DNA from: Flavobacteriales bacterium
Lineage (GTDB): Bacteria > Bacteroidota > Bacteroidia > Flavobacteriales > Flavobacteriaceae
Length of the DNA: 64,000 bases
Direction: 5' to 3'
Assembly (NCBI GenBank): GCA_003331305.1
Contig: QOQB01000008.1
Coordinates: forward strand, 4,305 to 68,304
The notes under the pieces were generated by a model. The model saw nothing but the letters and a program-made list of their open reading frames with translations, was not told where the DNA came from and did no database searches. Below are positions 11,036 through 21,207 of this stretch, one piece after another. Position 1 is the stretch's first letter. Each line of letters begins with the position of its first letter. Position numbers and translations under genes: made by a program.

Positions 11036-11036
11036 T

Positions 11037-11786
11037 ATGAAGCTTCAAAGGTTTTTGCGGTCTGGGCGTTCCAACAAGCAAGAGCCATTGTTCAGCGTCG
11101 TTAAGGGTATTACTGGGATTCCTCCCAAAGATTTATCGCTTTTTACTCGTGTGTTTACGCACACCTCCATGGAAGAAAAAGATGACGGAGGTAAAAAAAT
11201 AAACTATGAGCGATTAGAGTTTTTAGGCGATGCCGTTTTGAACACAATAGTTGCAGCTTACCTGTTTAAAAAACTTCCTCAAAACAACGAGGGTTCCCTT
11301 ACGCTCATGCGCTCCAAAATTGTTCGCCGAGATTTTCTAAACCAAATTGGAGAAGGCTTGGGTTTGATTCGCCATTTGGCATCGAATGTTCCTCAAAAAA
11401 ACTATGGGCCAAACGTACACGGAAACCTTTTTGAGGCACTCGTAGGCGCCGTGTATATAGACAGCGGCTTCGATGCTTGCTCACAATTCGTACACTCTTG
11501 CTTGATTTTACCACATGTTGACCTCATCAAGCTGCACAACAAAGTGTTAAGTTATAAAAGTCTTTTGGTGGATTGGTTTCAAAAAAACCGGTTGCGTTAC
11601 AAGTATGACGTTCTCAGCGATAACGGTGCAGAAAAAACCCCTTACTACAAAGCAAAACTTTGGCTGGATGATAAGATTGTAGCCACCGCAAGGGCAACCA
11701 ACAAGAAAAAGGCAATTGAAAAAGTGTCCAAACGCGCTTACTATCAATTTCAGCACCAAATCAAGTCCATTCAAAACAAGCATTAA
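11037..11786 (+). CDS. rnc: Ribonuclease III
   Basis: RNase III signature ERLEFLGDAVL plus a C-terminal dsRNA-binding domain. ATG at 11037 directly follows the fabF stop; the ORF-track start at 10986 overlaps fabF. Confidence 0.9.
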   Translation: MKLQRFLRSGRSNKQEPLFSVVKGITGIPPKDLSLFTRVFTHTSMEEKDDGGKKINYERLEFLGDAVLNTIVAAYLFKKLPQNNEGSLTLMRSKIVRRDFLNQIGEGLGLIRHLASNVPQKNYGPNVHGNLFEALVGAVYIDSGFDACSQFVHSCLILPHVDLIKLHNKVLSYKSLLVDWFQKNRLRYKYDVLSDNGAEKTPYYKAKLWLDDKIVATARATNKKKAIEKVSKRAYYQFQHQIKSIQNKH

Positions 11787-11858
11787 AAAAACATTATGGC
11801 TTTAAATAGTCAAGCTTCCTTTTGTTTTTGTACCGTATCTTAGCAAAAGCCAATTTTT

Positions 11859-12305
11859 ATGGTAACACACAAACTTAATTTGGAAACAGAGGCGCACGAT
11901 CAAGACATCATCTGCGTGAATACGGCACTTCCAGCATACGTATTTGTTTTTGAGCTTAACAAACTGCTCGGTCTGTCTCTTTTTAGATGTGAAGAAGACC
12001 TTGTGCCTTATGTAGCAAATCATACCTTTGCGGTTTATGAATACAACTCTGCGGTTATGCAACAAACTTGGCGAGTCATAGAAAATCGTTTTAACACAAC
12101 CATTTTTGAAACTGAAAACAGCCTTTTTGCACAAAGCGAACAGCGCTTTTGTCTTTTTCCTGAACTGGAACAAACAGACTTACTCATTTGCGTAAACAGC
12201 CTTTCGGAAGAAACGCTAAAAAAAATTACAACCATTGGACGGGTAGTTTCATGCTATCGTCTACCAAAAAAATTTAACAACATTAAAGAACAACTCACCT
12301 TTTAA
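11859..12305 (+). CDS. Conserved hypothetical protein (possibly IPExxxVDY family)
   Basis: 148 aa ORF filling the rnc-pyk gap. Motif FPELEQTDLL resembles the family-defining IPExxxVDY motif. Family recalled from memory and not verified. Confidence 0.55.
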   Translation: MVTHKLNLETEAHDQDIICVNTALPAYVFVFELNKLLGLSLFRCEEDLVPYVANHTFAVYEYNSAVMQQTWRVIENRFNTTIFETENSLFAQSEQRFCLFPELEQTDLLICVNSLSEETLKKITTIGRVVSCYRLPKKFNNIKEQLTF

Positions 12306-12307
12306 CA

Positions 12308-13735
12308 ATGAGAAAAATTAAAAAAACTAAAATTGTAGCTACGCTAGGTCCTGCGTCTTCTTCCAGAGAGACAATGAAAGAAATGATGCTCAGCGGAGTC
12401 AACGTGTTTCGAATAAATTTCTCTCACGCAGACTATGAAGATGTTTTAGACCGAATTCAAATTATACGTGACCTAAATGTGGAGCTTGGCTTTCATGTGG
12501 GTATCCTAGCCGACCTTCAAGGTCCCAAACTTCGCGTTGGAAAAATGGCCCCCGACACACATGTGGAGACAGGTCAGGAAGTGCGTTTCACAACTCAAAA
12601 GATAGATGAAGGAACTGCAGACGCTATCTACATGAATTACCGCCAATTTCCAAAAGATGTTAGCCCTGGCGAACGCGTACTGCTTGATGACGGAAAGCTT
12701 ATTTTTGAAGTTCTTGAAACAGATAAAAAATCACGTGTTACCGCCCGCGTTATTCAAGGAGGATTGTTAAAATCCAAAAAGGGCGTAAACCTACCCAACA
12801 CAAAAATTTCGTTACCTGCATTAACAGAAAAGGATATTAAAGATGCTGTTTTTGCCATTAAACAAAATGTCGATTGGATTGCTTTGTCATTTGTGCGCCA
12901 CAAGCAAGATGTTGAAGATTTACGAAAAATCATTAAAGAACACAGTCAATACGATATACCTATCATTTCAAAAATTGAAAAGCCTGAAGCGCTTGTAAAC
13001 ATCCAAGAAATTGTTAAAGCAAGCAACGGGCTTATGGTGGCTCGTGGTGATTTAGGCGTGGAGGTTCCTGCAGAAGAAGTGCCGCTAGTACAAAAAGAAC
13101 TTGTACAGCATGCGAAACTTGCCCGTATCCCTGTAATTGTGGCTACTCAAATGATGGAGTCTATGATTGATGGTCTTACACCCACACGAGCCGAAGTTAA
13201 CGATGTTGCCAACTCGGTTATGGACGGTGCAGATGCTGTAATGCTTTCAGGTGAAACCTCTGTTGGAAAATATCCCGTTGAAGTAATTCAAACCATGCGT
13301 AAAATTGTTGTGGCTGTAGAAAACTCTCCGCTCATACAAGTGCCGCTAAAAGCACCCAAGACTAGAAATGATCGTTTCGTTACAAAGTCGGTGTGTTACC
13401 ATGCTGCAACCATGGCAAACGAAATTGAAGCAAAAGCCATTTGTACACTCACAAATAGTGGGTACACCGCTTATCAAATTTCGGCTTGGCGTCCTAGCGC
13501 GTCTATTTTAGTGTTTACCTCAAACAAGCGAATTCTAGCGCAACTCAATCTTATTTGGGGTGTAAAAGGATATTTGTATAAAGGCAATGGCGACACAGAC
13601 AGTACCGTCAAAGAAGTAAATCAAATTGCGAGAGAAAAAGGATATGTTACAGATGGAGATTCGCTTATCAATTTGGTGGCTATGCCTGTGGCTGATCATG
13701 GTAAGGTAAACACACTCCGTGTTTCTACGGCTTAA
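12308..13735 (+). CDS. pyk: Pyruvate kinase
   Basis: 475 aa. Motifs KIVATLGPA, NFSHA and MVARGDLGVE. Confidence 0.93.
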   Translation: MRKIKKTKIVATLGPASSSRETMKEMMLSGVNVFRINFSHADYEDVLDRIQIIRDLNVELGFHVGILADLQGPKLRVGKMAPDTHVETGQEVRFTTQKIDEGTADAIYMNYRQFPKDVSPGERVLLDDGKLIFEVLETDKKSRVTARVIQGGLLKSKKGVNLPNTKISLPALTEKDIKDAVFAIKQNVDWIALSFVRHKQDVEDLRKIIKEHSQYDIPIISKIEKPEALVNIQEIVKASNGLMVARGDLGVEVPAEEVPLVQKELVQHAKLARIPVIVATQMMESMIDGLTPTRAEVNDVANSVMDGADAVMLSGETSVGKYPVEVIQTMRKIVVAVENSPLIQVPLKAPKTRNDRFVTKSVCYHAATMANEIEAKAICTLTNSGYTAYQISAWRPSASILVFTSNKRILAQLNLIWGVKGYLYKGNGDTDSTVKEVNQIAREKGYVTDGDSLINLVAMPVADHGKVNTLRVSTA

Positions 13736-14811
13736 AAGCGAAACTGTAGTTGCTCCTCAATAGGCTGTTGCTTTTTTTCGTTTTTGAAATTGGACAAGGA
13801 TACCCCCAGTAGACGTACTGAGTCTTGTAGCTTCTCTTGATACAGTAGTTTTTTTGCTTCCTCCAGAATTAGACTGCCATCTGAAATATATAACGGAAGT
13901 GTTCTGCTTCGTGTTTGTGTGGCAAAATCGGAATATTTGATTTTGAGTGTTATTGTCTTGCCTGCAACTTTCTTTTTACCCATGCGCTTTTGTAGTGCGG
14001 CCACAATCTCCACCAAACGCTCTTCCATAAAAATTTCACTAGACAGGTTTTTAGAAAATGTACGCTCTGCGCCTACCGATTTTGCAATGCGTGTGGGTTT
14101 TACTTCGCTGGTGTGAATCCCACGCACTACATGATAATAGTACCCACCAGACTTTCCAAATGTTTCCGTCAATTCCTCTTGCGTTCGCTTTTTTAAATCT
14201 GCGCCTGTGTAAATTCCCAATCGGTACATTTTATCGGCGGTTACTTTTCCAATTCCATGGAATTTTCGAACATCCAACGCTTCCATAAACGAAAGTACTT
14301 CTTCGGGCGGTATGGTTTTTTGTCCATTCGGTTTGTTGTAATCACTCGCAACTTTTGCCAAAAATTTATTGATAGATATCCCGGCCGATGCGGTAAGCTT
14401 GGTTTTAGCGAAAATTTTTGCCCGAATGTCAGCAGCTATTTGCGTTCCTGATACCATCCCCTTTTTGTTCTGGGTCACGTCCAAATAGGCTTCGTCTAGC
14501 GAAAGCGGCTCTACCAAGTGGGTGTATTCATAAAAAATCTCCCTAATTTGATTGGAAACCTCTTTGTACCGTGCGCCATTTGACGACACAAAAATCAGCT
14601 CTGGACATAATTTTTTGGCTTGCCTGCCCGACATGGCGCTGCGCACCCCAAACGGTCGTGCTTCATAACTGGCTGCTGCTACAACTCCGCGTTCAGAACC
14701 TCCGCCAACAGCAATCGGTTTGCCACGCAGTTCAGGGTTGTCCAACTGCTCTACAGATGCAAAAAAAGCATCCATATCAATGTGTACAATTTTACGTATT
14801 GGAAAATCCAC
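13732..14811 (-). CDS. dinB: DNA polymerase IV (Y-family)
   Basis: Motif IVHIDMDAFFASVEQ and a Y-family palm/little-finger layout. The ORF extends to ATG 14865, but that overlaps rbfA and its -7 box, so in-frame GTG 14811 is chosen. The start is uncertain. Confidence 0.85.
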   Translation of the reverse strand: MDFPIRKIVHIDMDAFFASVEQLDNPELRGKPIAVGGGSERGVVAAASYEARPFGVRSAMSGRQAKKLCPELIFVSSNGARYKEVSNQIREIFYEYTHLVEPLSLDEAYLDVTQNKKGMVSGTQIAADIRAKIFAKTKLTASAGISINKFLAKVASDYNKPNGQKTIPPEEVLSFMEALDVRKFHGIGKVTADKMYRLGIYTGADLKKRTQEELTETFGKSGGYYYHVVRGIHTSEVKPTRIAKSVGAERTFSKNLSSEIFMEERLVEIVAALQKRMGKKKVAGKTITLKIKYSDFATQTRSRTLPLYISDGSLILEEAKKLLYQEKLQDSVRLLGVSLSNFKNEKKQQPIEEQLQFRF

Positions 14812-14843
14812 ACGTAAAAATACAGGTTTGGCTGCGTTATTAG

Positions 14844-14851
14844 TACTTTTG
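14844..14851 (+). promoter_or_regulatory. -7 promoter box TACTTTTG (rbfA)
   Basis: TAnnTTTG 5 nt upstream of the rbfA ATG at 14856. Confidence 0.4.
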
Positions 14852-14855
14852 ATGC

Positions 14856-15218
14856 ATGGAAACACAACGACAGAAAAAAATCAACGCGCTGCTGCAACAA
14901 GAAATCACGGCGTTGTTGCAAGGAGCCATTCGCTCACAAGGCGTAAAAAACTTAGTGCTTTCGGTTTCCAAAGTCAGTATTACCGCTGACCTTAGCGTAG
15001 CAAAAGTGTATCTATCTATTTTTCCACACGATAAAGCCAAAGAAATTTTGGAAGGAATACGTGCAAATAAAAATGTGCTTAAGCACGATTTGGCGCAACA
15101 GCTCCGCAACGATTTACGCAAAGTTCCAAACTTGTTGTTTTTCTTAGACGATTCGCTAGAATACATCGATGCTATTGAAAATTTGCTTACGCTAAAAAAT
15201 GACCCCTTGAAAGAATAA
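14856..15218 (+). CDS. rbfA: Ribosome-binding factor A
   Basis: 120 aa. The N-terminus METQRQKKINALLQQEI and the size are typical of RbfA. Confidence 0.85.
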   Translation: METQRQKKINALLQQEITALLQGAIRSQGVKNLVLSVSKVSITADLSVAKVYLSIFPHDKAKEILEGIRANKNVLKHDLAQQLRNDLRKVPNLLFFLDDSLEYIDAIENLLTLKNDPLKE

Positions 15219-15219
15219 G

Positions 15220-16413
15220 ATGCGCTTTACTCGCTTACTGGCATGTCGCTACACCTTTGAACTGCGAAAAAAAGTAGCGGTTACCCTTATTAGTCGCTTT
15301 GCTGCTTTTGTGGTGGGAGTAGCCGTATTTGCCTTTTTTATTGTGCTTGCTGTTTTTGGTGGATTGCGGCAGTTTGGACTGGAGTTTACACACGCTTTTG
15401 ACCCGGATATCTATATTGAATCTGCTACCGCCGAACTCTTTGATATAAACGACAATGCACTTCAAATCGTGCACGAGCACGACGATGTTGAAGTGGTTTC
15501 GGCTACGCTTTCACAAGAAATGATGCTGCGGTTTAAAGACCGCACTGCCTTTGCGAATGTTGTTGGTGTGGATTCTTTGTTTAATACGGTGGTGTCGGGC
15601 GAAACCATGGTGGGCAAATGGGTAACGCCCAATGCGTATGACCTTGTTTTGGGCATAGGTGTGTTATCGCAACTTGATGGCGCTGCCTATGACCACCCCG
15701 AAGGCGTTACGCTTTTGGTGCCAAACCAAAAAAGCAAAAGCGTCCTCAATCAACAGCCTTTTAGAGCGCAAACAGCCTTAGTGCGTGGGGTATTTCAGCT
15801 TGGTGAGTCCGTAGACGAAACGACAGCCTTTGCACCGCTTTCTATGGTGCGAGAACTGTTGCGCATTGCTCCTGAAAAAGCCTCTGCTTTATACGTAAAG
15901 CTTGCCCCACAAGCCGATGACCAAGAGGTGCAAGAAAGTCTTCAGCAAGCCTTAGGCGGTAACTACCGCGTACTGACTAAAACAGGACGAAACCCAGCCT
16001 TGTATAAAATGCTTCAAACCGAACGCGTTGCCGTTATTGGAATTCTCTCGCTTGTCGTACTGATTGCGTTGTTTAATGTGGTAGGCGCTATTATTATGAC
16101 CGTGCTAGAAAAGAAAGAAAACATCAAAACGCTTTACCAATTGGGTGCGCCCGTGGCGCAGTTACAACGTGTGTTTTTCACCCAAGGGATATTGCTTAGC
16201 GGCGTAGGCGGTGGTATCGGATTTTTGGTAGCGCTCGTGTTGATTGTACTTCAAAAAACCATGCCTTTTATTCAAATTCCAGGGTCGTATTTGGCGTATC
16301 CCGTAGCCTTGGAGTGGTCTGCCTTTTGGACAGTACTCATCATTGTTGGGGGGTTAAGTACGTTGGTTTCTTGGCTAACCGCTAAGGTGGTCAAAGGCGT
16401 GGTGCGGGGGTGA
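15220..16413 (+). CDS. FtsX-like ABC transporter permease (LolC/E-type)
   Basis: 397 aa. One N-terminal TM segment, a large extracytoplasmic loop and three C-terminal TM segments (FtsX domain). Confidence 0.8.
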   Translation: MRFTRLLACRYTFELRKKVAVTLISRFAAFVVGVAVFAFFIVLAVFGGLRQFGLEFTHAFDPDIYIESATAELFDINDNALQIVHEHDDVEVVSATLSQEMMLRFKDRTAFANVVGVDSLFNTVVSGETMVGKWVTPNAYDLVLGIGVLSQLDGAAYDHPEGVTLLVPNQKSKSVLNQQPFRAQTALVRGVFQLGESVDETTAFAPLSMVRELLRIAPEKASALYVKLAPQADDQEVQESLQQALGGNYRVLTKTGRNPALYKMLQTERVAVIGILSLVVLIALFNVVGAIIMTVLEKKENIKTLYQLGAPVAQLQRVFFTQGILLSGVGGGIGFLVALVLIVLQKTMPFIQIPGSYLAYPVALEWSAFWTVLIIVGGLSTLVSWLTAKVVKGVVRG

Positions 16414-16415
16414 TT

Positions 16416-17315
16416 TTATCTGAGTTTAAAATTAATGGGTGACGTAAATGGTACGCTTACTTTTTTTCCATTATAGGTTCCTGGTGTCCAATCAGGCATA
16501 AGGTTTACTATTCTTAATGCTTCCTTTTCTAAGTCGTGGTCTTCTGATTTTAGTGCTTTTATTTTTTCCACTTTCCCGTTTTTGTTTACGACAAATCCTA
16601 CCAATAATTTCCCTTGTATCTTTTCTTTTTTGGCGGCCTTAGGATACTTAAGATTTGCTTTAATAAACATATAAAGTAATTTATTGCCGCCTATAAATTT
16701 CGGTACTGTCATAAAGGGAATGTGAGGAATTTCGTTGCCTTCTTCATTGTATAAAACTCCGCTTATAAGCTGATGATTTCTTGTACCGCCTTTTTTATCC
16801 TGAATGTACTCGTCTTTTTGCTTAAGCTGTCCGTTTTCATAGTATGAAAAGGCAATAATTTTATTCGTGTTTTTATCGTCAGAAGAATCCTTATAACTAA
16901 CATCTGTTTCTAGTTGCCCCGATTCATAAAAGGTTTTTTTATTGCGAAACCTTCCTAATGCGTTGTATTCCTCTATTGCTTTTACATTAGAGGATTCATA
17001 ATACGCCTCTTTTAAAGAAAGCTTTTCTTTTTTATAAATTCTTTTAATCTTTAGTTTCCCTGAAGAATAATACGTGAGGTGAGTGCCTACTTTGCCTTTA
17101 AAATTCTTCTTTTTTGCATACCCAATGAATTTTGGTGTTCACGACATATAAAACTGCTCCATTTTCCAAAGGTTATCCTCTGTTTTGGAAAGCTCCTTAT
17201 AGTATGTTGCCTTTTTTTTCCTCGCTCTTTCTCCAAGTTCGTTATAATATGTTTTTTTTTGAGCTACGGAAAGCAATGAAAACATGAAAAAAAAGAGTAA
17301 GAAGTAAGGTTTCAT
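16416..17315 (-). pseudogene. TonB C-terminal-domain protein with YwqK/MORN-like repeats, interrupted by one in-frame TGA
   Basis: My translation gives a single frame from ATG 17315 (signal peptide MKPYFLLFFFMFSLLSVAQ) to the stop at 16416, broken only by TGA at 17139-17141. Repeats are of the YY(S/E)xG(K/Q)L type. The C-terminal TonB_C-like domain equals the 98-aa ORF 16416-16712. Confidence 0.7.
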
Positions 17316-17421
17316 ATCGCAAGGATTTAATCCCTCCAAAAAAGCTACATATGAAATAGTAGGTTATCGATTGTAGAACACGTTTGGAGACTGTTTAGTG
17401 CTAAGGTAACAAAAAATCTAA

Positions 17422-18408
17422 CTACACCCCAACCCCAAAGAGTTCTTCTATTTCGTCGAGTACGGCAAACACATCTGCAGGATCGTCTTCGGTAACAAGG
17501 CGTTGGCGGTAGGGTTTAAAATCGGGAATGCCTTTAAAGTAGTTGGTGTAGTGGCGGCGGGTTTCAAACACGCCCAGTTTTTCGCCTTTCCAATCAATGG
17601 ACATTTGTAAGTGGCGGCGCGCCATGGTAGCGCGCTCCGCTAGGCTTGGTGGTTCGGCATGCGTGCCGTGTTTAAAAAAGTGTTTTACTTCGTTAAAAAA
17701 CCAGGGGTTTCCAATACTAGCTCTACCAATCATCGCGCCATCTAGACCAAATTCATCGCGCATTTCTACCGCTCGTTCGGGCGAGTTTACATCGCCATTT
17801 CCAAATACCGGAATGTGCATTCTGGAATTGTTTTTTACAGCTGCTATTTGCGTCCAATCGGCAGCCCCTTTATACATCTGCGCGCGTGTTCTGCCATGGA
17901 TGGAAATCGCTTTTGCGCCTACGTCTTGCAATCGCTCGGCAACCTCCACAATTTGAATGCTTTCGTGGTCCCAACCCAAACGTGTTTTTACCGTTATGGG
18001 TAAGTTCGTGCGCTTTACCATTTCTGCGGTCAACGAAACCATCAGCGGAATATCTTTTAAAATCCCTGCGCCTGCGCCTTTGGAAACCACTTTTTTTACA
18101 GGGCAGCCAAAATTGATGTCAATAATATCCGGATTTGTTTTTTCAACAATATCTATGGACTGCAACATGGAGTCGAGGTTTGCACCAAAAATTTGAATAC
18201 CCACAGGGCGTTCTGCCTCATAAATATCCAATTTCATAACGCTTTTGGCGGCGTCACGAATTAGTCCTTCGCTCGATATAAATTCGGTATAGACCACATC
18301 AGCCCCTTGTTCTTTACAAAGCGCTCTAAATGGCGGGTCGCTGACATCCTCCATAGGGGCCAACAATAGCGGAAATTCGCCCAGCGCTATGTCACCAATC
18401 TTTACCAT
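17422..18408 (-). CDS. dusB: tRNA-dihydrouridine synthase
   Basis: 328 aa. Motifs LAPMEDVSD, NFGCP (catalytic Cys) and HGRTR. Confidence 0.9.
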   Translation of the reverse strand: MVKIGDIALGEFPLLLAPMEDVSDPPFRALCKEQGADVVYTEFISSEGLIRDAAKSVMKLDIYEAERPVGIQIFGANLDSMLQSIDIVEKTNPDIIDINFGCPVKKVVSKGAGAGILKDIPLMVSLTAEMVKRTNLPITVKTRLGWDHESIQIVEVAERLQDVGAKAISIHGRTRAQMYKGAADWTQIAAVKNNSRMHIPVFGNGDVNSPERAVEMRDEFGLDGAMIGRASIGNPWFFNEVKHFFKHGTHAEPPSLAERATMARRHLQMSIDWKGEKLGVFETRRHYTNYFKGIPDFKPYRQRLVTEDDPADVFAVLDEIEELFGVGV

Positions 18409-19274
18409 CAGGGTGCAAAAGTTGTTTGAATTCCTTCTGAAATTTCAGTGTCCCAAAACTGCATCATTTTCCCGTTTTTAACCCAATACACCCGCGGCGG
18501 TGCGCTTCCAATCAAATCAAAAAACGTGTTTACATCTATCATTTGATAGTGGTAATCTGAGTTTGTGATGCTATTAAATTGTGCAACGGTGGTATCGCCT
18601 TCTTCAAAAAACAGCGCAACTATTTGGGGTAGTGCTGCGCCATCGCGTTGGAGTTCCGCCAATTCTTGTGCTGCCTCTTGGCAATGCTCGCAGCTTAAGT
18701 TTAGCACCGCTACCAAGTAGTTTCCTGTGGCAAAATCGATTTCTGACGTATTCTCAAAAGCAGGGAGTTTAGACACTACTTCATCGGGTTCAGTTTGTAT
18801 GGGCCAAACAAATACTGCTGCTGCAAATAGCGCAGGAAGCAATGCCCATGTAAGCCATGATTTTTTTCCAAACTTATATTTATAGCGCAACAAAAATCCG
18901 TTTACGGCCAAAAGCACGGCGTTTTTTCCGAGCGATGCCAAAGGAGTCATGCTAATCATTTCACCAAAGCACCCGCAATTGCTTGTGTCGCCGAGGAAAA
19001 CCAAATACCCCAAATGGATTGAAAAAGCGACCAATAGCCAAAAACTAAATCGCAGCAAAAAGCGTGAGTAATGTGATAGTAAGAGTCCTAACCCAAGCCA
19101 TGTCTCGAGGGCAATAATAGCACGAGTTGCCCATGCGCCATACAAGCGATTGGGTACAAGGCCCTGTTGCTCTAACAGAATTTCAAAAAATCCAAGAGCA
19201 ATAGCCTTCGTGTAAGCCGAGAACAAAAATGTCGCCGCCAAAAAAAACTGCAATATGGTACGTAAGTAAGCCAT
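18408..19274 (-). CDS. MauE/DoxX-like membrane domain fused to a thioredoxin-like domain
   Basis: 288 aa. About 4-5 N-terminal TM helices including a CGCFG motif, and a C-terminal CxxC motif (NLSCEHCQ). The stop overlaps the dusB ATG by 1 nt (TGATG). Confidence 0.65.
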   Translation of the reverse strand: MAYLRTILQFFLAATFLFSAYTKAIALGFFEILLEQQGLVPNRLYGAWATRAIIALETWLGLGLLLSHYSRFLLRFSFWLLVAFSIHLGYLVFLGDTSNCGCFGEMISMTPLASLGKNAVLLAVNGFLLRYKYKFGKKSWLTWALLPALFAAAVFVWPIQTEPDEVVSKLPAFENTSEIDFATGNYLVAVLNLSCEHCQEAAQELAELQRDGAALPQIVALFFEEGDTTVAQFNSITNSDYHYQMIDVNTFFDLIGSAPPRVYWVKNGKMMQFWDTEISEGIQTTFAP

Positions 19275-19286
19275 GATTTCCTTTTA

Positions 19287-19294
19287 CAAAAATA
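19287..19294 (-). promoter_or_regulatory. -7 promoter box TATTTTTG (DoxX-Trx/dusB operon)
   Basis: TAnnTTTG on the minus strand, 13 nt upstream of ATG 19274. Confidence 0.45.
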
Positions 19295-19336
19295 ACTTTT
19301 CTTTGGCACTTTGGTCGCCTCTAGGCTTGCATGGTG

Positions 19337-19344
19337 TATCTTTG
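19337..19344 (+). promoter_or_regulatory. -7 promoter box TATCTTTG (lepA)
   Basis: TAnnTTTG 23 nt upstream of ATG 19367. It lies inside the longer ORF-track call, which argues for the 19367 start. Confidence 0.45.
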
Positions 19345-19366
19345 TTGGCTAAGGCGTTACGTCATC

Positions 19367-21163
19367 ATGAATCATATTCGAAATTTCTGCATTATCGCGC
19401 ACATTGACCACGGCAAGAGCACGCTTGCCGATAGGCTGCTTGATGCCACAGGTGCCGTAACCGACAGAGAAAAACAAGATCAGTTGTTGGACAACATGGA
19501 TTTGGAGCGCGAACGCGGCATTACCATTAAGTCGCACGCCATTCAAATGGATTTTGAACTTGACGGAGAATCTTATGTGTTTAATTTAATTGACACCCCT
19601 GGCCACGTTGATTTTTCGTACGAAGTATCCCGTTCTATTGCCGCTTGTGAGGGCGCGCTTTTGGTTGTTGACGCTGCTCAAAGTATTCAGGCGCAAACCA
19701 TCTCTAATCTCTATTTGGCGCTTGAAAACGACTTGGAAATTATTCCCGTGCTCAACAAAGTAGATTTGCCTTCTGCGAATCCTGAAGAAGTTACAGACGA
19801 TATTGTTGACTTGTTGGGCTGTGATGCCGATGAAGTTATTCATGCTTCTGCCAAAACAGGGTTGGGAATTGATGCAATATTGCGTGCCATTGTAGCGCGC
19901 GTGCCTGCGCCCAAAGGCGATGTGAATGCACCGCTTCAAGCGCTTATTTTTGATTCTGTTTACAATCCGTTTCGAGGAGTAGAAACCTATTTCCGTATCC
20001 TTAATGGAAAAATCAGCAAAGGCGAACAGGTGCAGTTTATGGCAACTCAAAAAAATTATTTCGCTGATGAGATTGGCGCGTTAAAGCTCAAGCAAGAGCC
20101 CCGTAAACAAATGCTTGCCGGCGATGTTGGCTACCTGATTACGGGTGTAAAAGAAGCCAAAGAGGTAAAGGTGGGCGATACAATTACCTCAGTAGCAAAA
20201 CCCACTGAAGAAGCAATAGAAGGTTTTGAAGAAGTAAAACCAATGGTTTTTGCAGGAATTTACCCCGTTGATACAGAAGAGTACGAAGAGTTGCGCGCCT
20301 CTATGGAAAAATTGCAGCTTAACGACGCCTCCTTGGTGTTTGCCCCTGAAAGTTCGGCGGCGCTTGGTTTTGGTTTTCGTTGTGGGTTTTTGGGTATGCT
20401 TCACTTAGAGATTATCCAAGAACGTTTGGAGCGAGAGTTTAATATGACCGTGATTACTACGGTACCCAACGTGTCGTATCACGCCTACACCAGGAAAAAT
20501 CCAAACGAGATTTTAACTGTTAATAATCCTTCGGATTTGCCTGACCCCTCTGTGTTAGACCGGGTAGAAGAACCTTTTATCAAGGCAACCATTATTACGA
20601 AGTCGGATTTTGTAGGGAATGTGATGAGCCTGTGTATCGAAAAGCGCGGCATCATTACCAATCAGACCTATCTAACAACAGAGCGTGTAGAGTTGCTGTT
20701 TGATTTACCGTTGGCCGAAATTGTCTTCGATTTTTATGATCGATTAAAATCTGTTTCTAAAGGATATGCATCTTTTGATTATAGCCCAATAGGCTTGCGC
20801 CGATCGAAATTAGTTCGTGTAGATGTATTGCTTAACGGCAGTTCTGTAGATGCGCTTTCGGCGCTTGTGCACACAGACAATGCTTACGGATTAGGTAAAA
20901 AAATCTGCGAAAAACTTCAAAAAATGATTCCGCGCCAGCAGTTTGATATTCCTATTCAAGCGGCTATTGGTGCGAAAATTATTGCCAGAGAAACAGTAAA
21001 AGCCGTTCGGAAAGATGTAACTGCAAAATGTTATGGCGGCGACATCAGTCGAAAGCGAAAACTTTTAGAGCGCCAGAAAAAAGGGAAGAAGAAAATGCGT
21101 CAAATTGGAAATGTAGAGATTCCACAGCAGGCGTTTATGGCGGTACTAAAGCTAAATGAGTAG
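19367..21163 (+). CDS. lepA: Translation elongation factor 4
   Basis: GTPase motifs [17 protein letters not shown] and NKVD, with a LepA-specific C-terminal region. The N-terminus [19 protein letters not shown] is canonical. Confidence 0.93.
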   Translation: MNHIRNFCIIAHIDHGKSTLADRLLDATGAVTDREKQDQLLDNMDLERERGITIKSHAIQMDFELDGESYVFNLIDTPGHVDFSYEVSRSIAACEGALLVVDAAQSIQAQTISNLYLALENDLEIIPVLNKVDLPSANPEEVTDDIVDLLGCDADEVIHASAKTGLGIDAILRAIVARVPAPKGDVNAPLQALIFDSVYNPFRGVETYFRILNGKISKGEQVQFMATQKNYFADEIGALKLKQEPRKQMLAGDVGYLITGVKEAKEVKVGDTITSVAKPTEEAIEGFEEVKPMVFAGIYPVDTEEYEELRASMEKLQLNDASLVFAPESSAALGFGFRCGFLGMLHLEIIQERLEREFNMTVITTVPNVSYHAYTRKNPNEILTVNNPSDLPDPSVLDRVEEPFIKATIITKSDFVGNVMSLCIEKRGIITNQTYLTTERVELLFDLPLAEIVFDFYDRLKSVSKGYASFDYSPIGLRRSKLVRVDVLLNGSSVDALSALVHTDNAYGLGKKICEKLQKMIPRQQFDIPIQAAIGAKIIARETVKAVRKDVTAKCYGGDISRKRKLLERQKKGKKKMRQIGNVEIPQQAFMAVLKLNE

Positions 21164-21207
21164 GCCTGGTGTTTGTATAAAACCAAGTTTTTCCTATATT
21201 TTAGCGT

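Noticed and set aside
17139-17141. In-frame TGA as selenocysteine or a reassigned codon
   Set aside because: TGA clearly terminates other genes here, for example fabF, the M23 peptidase and the Wzz-like gene. I see no stable hairpin directly downstream that could serve as a bacterial SECIS. A nonsense mutation or sequencing error is the simpler explanation.
19586-20050. Long antisense or embedded ORFs inside housekeeping genes (for example 19586-20050 in lepA, 33721-34131 in glnS, 9928-10299 in fabF, 46127-46507 in the M23 gene, 23446-23835 in SulP)
   Set aside because: All lie fully inside strongly supported genes on the opposite strand. They have biased or odd composition and no promoter boxes. 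These are typical shadow ORFs.
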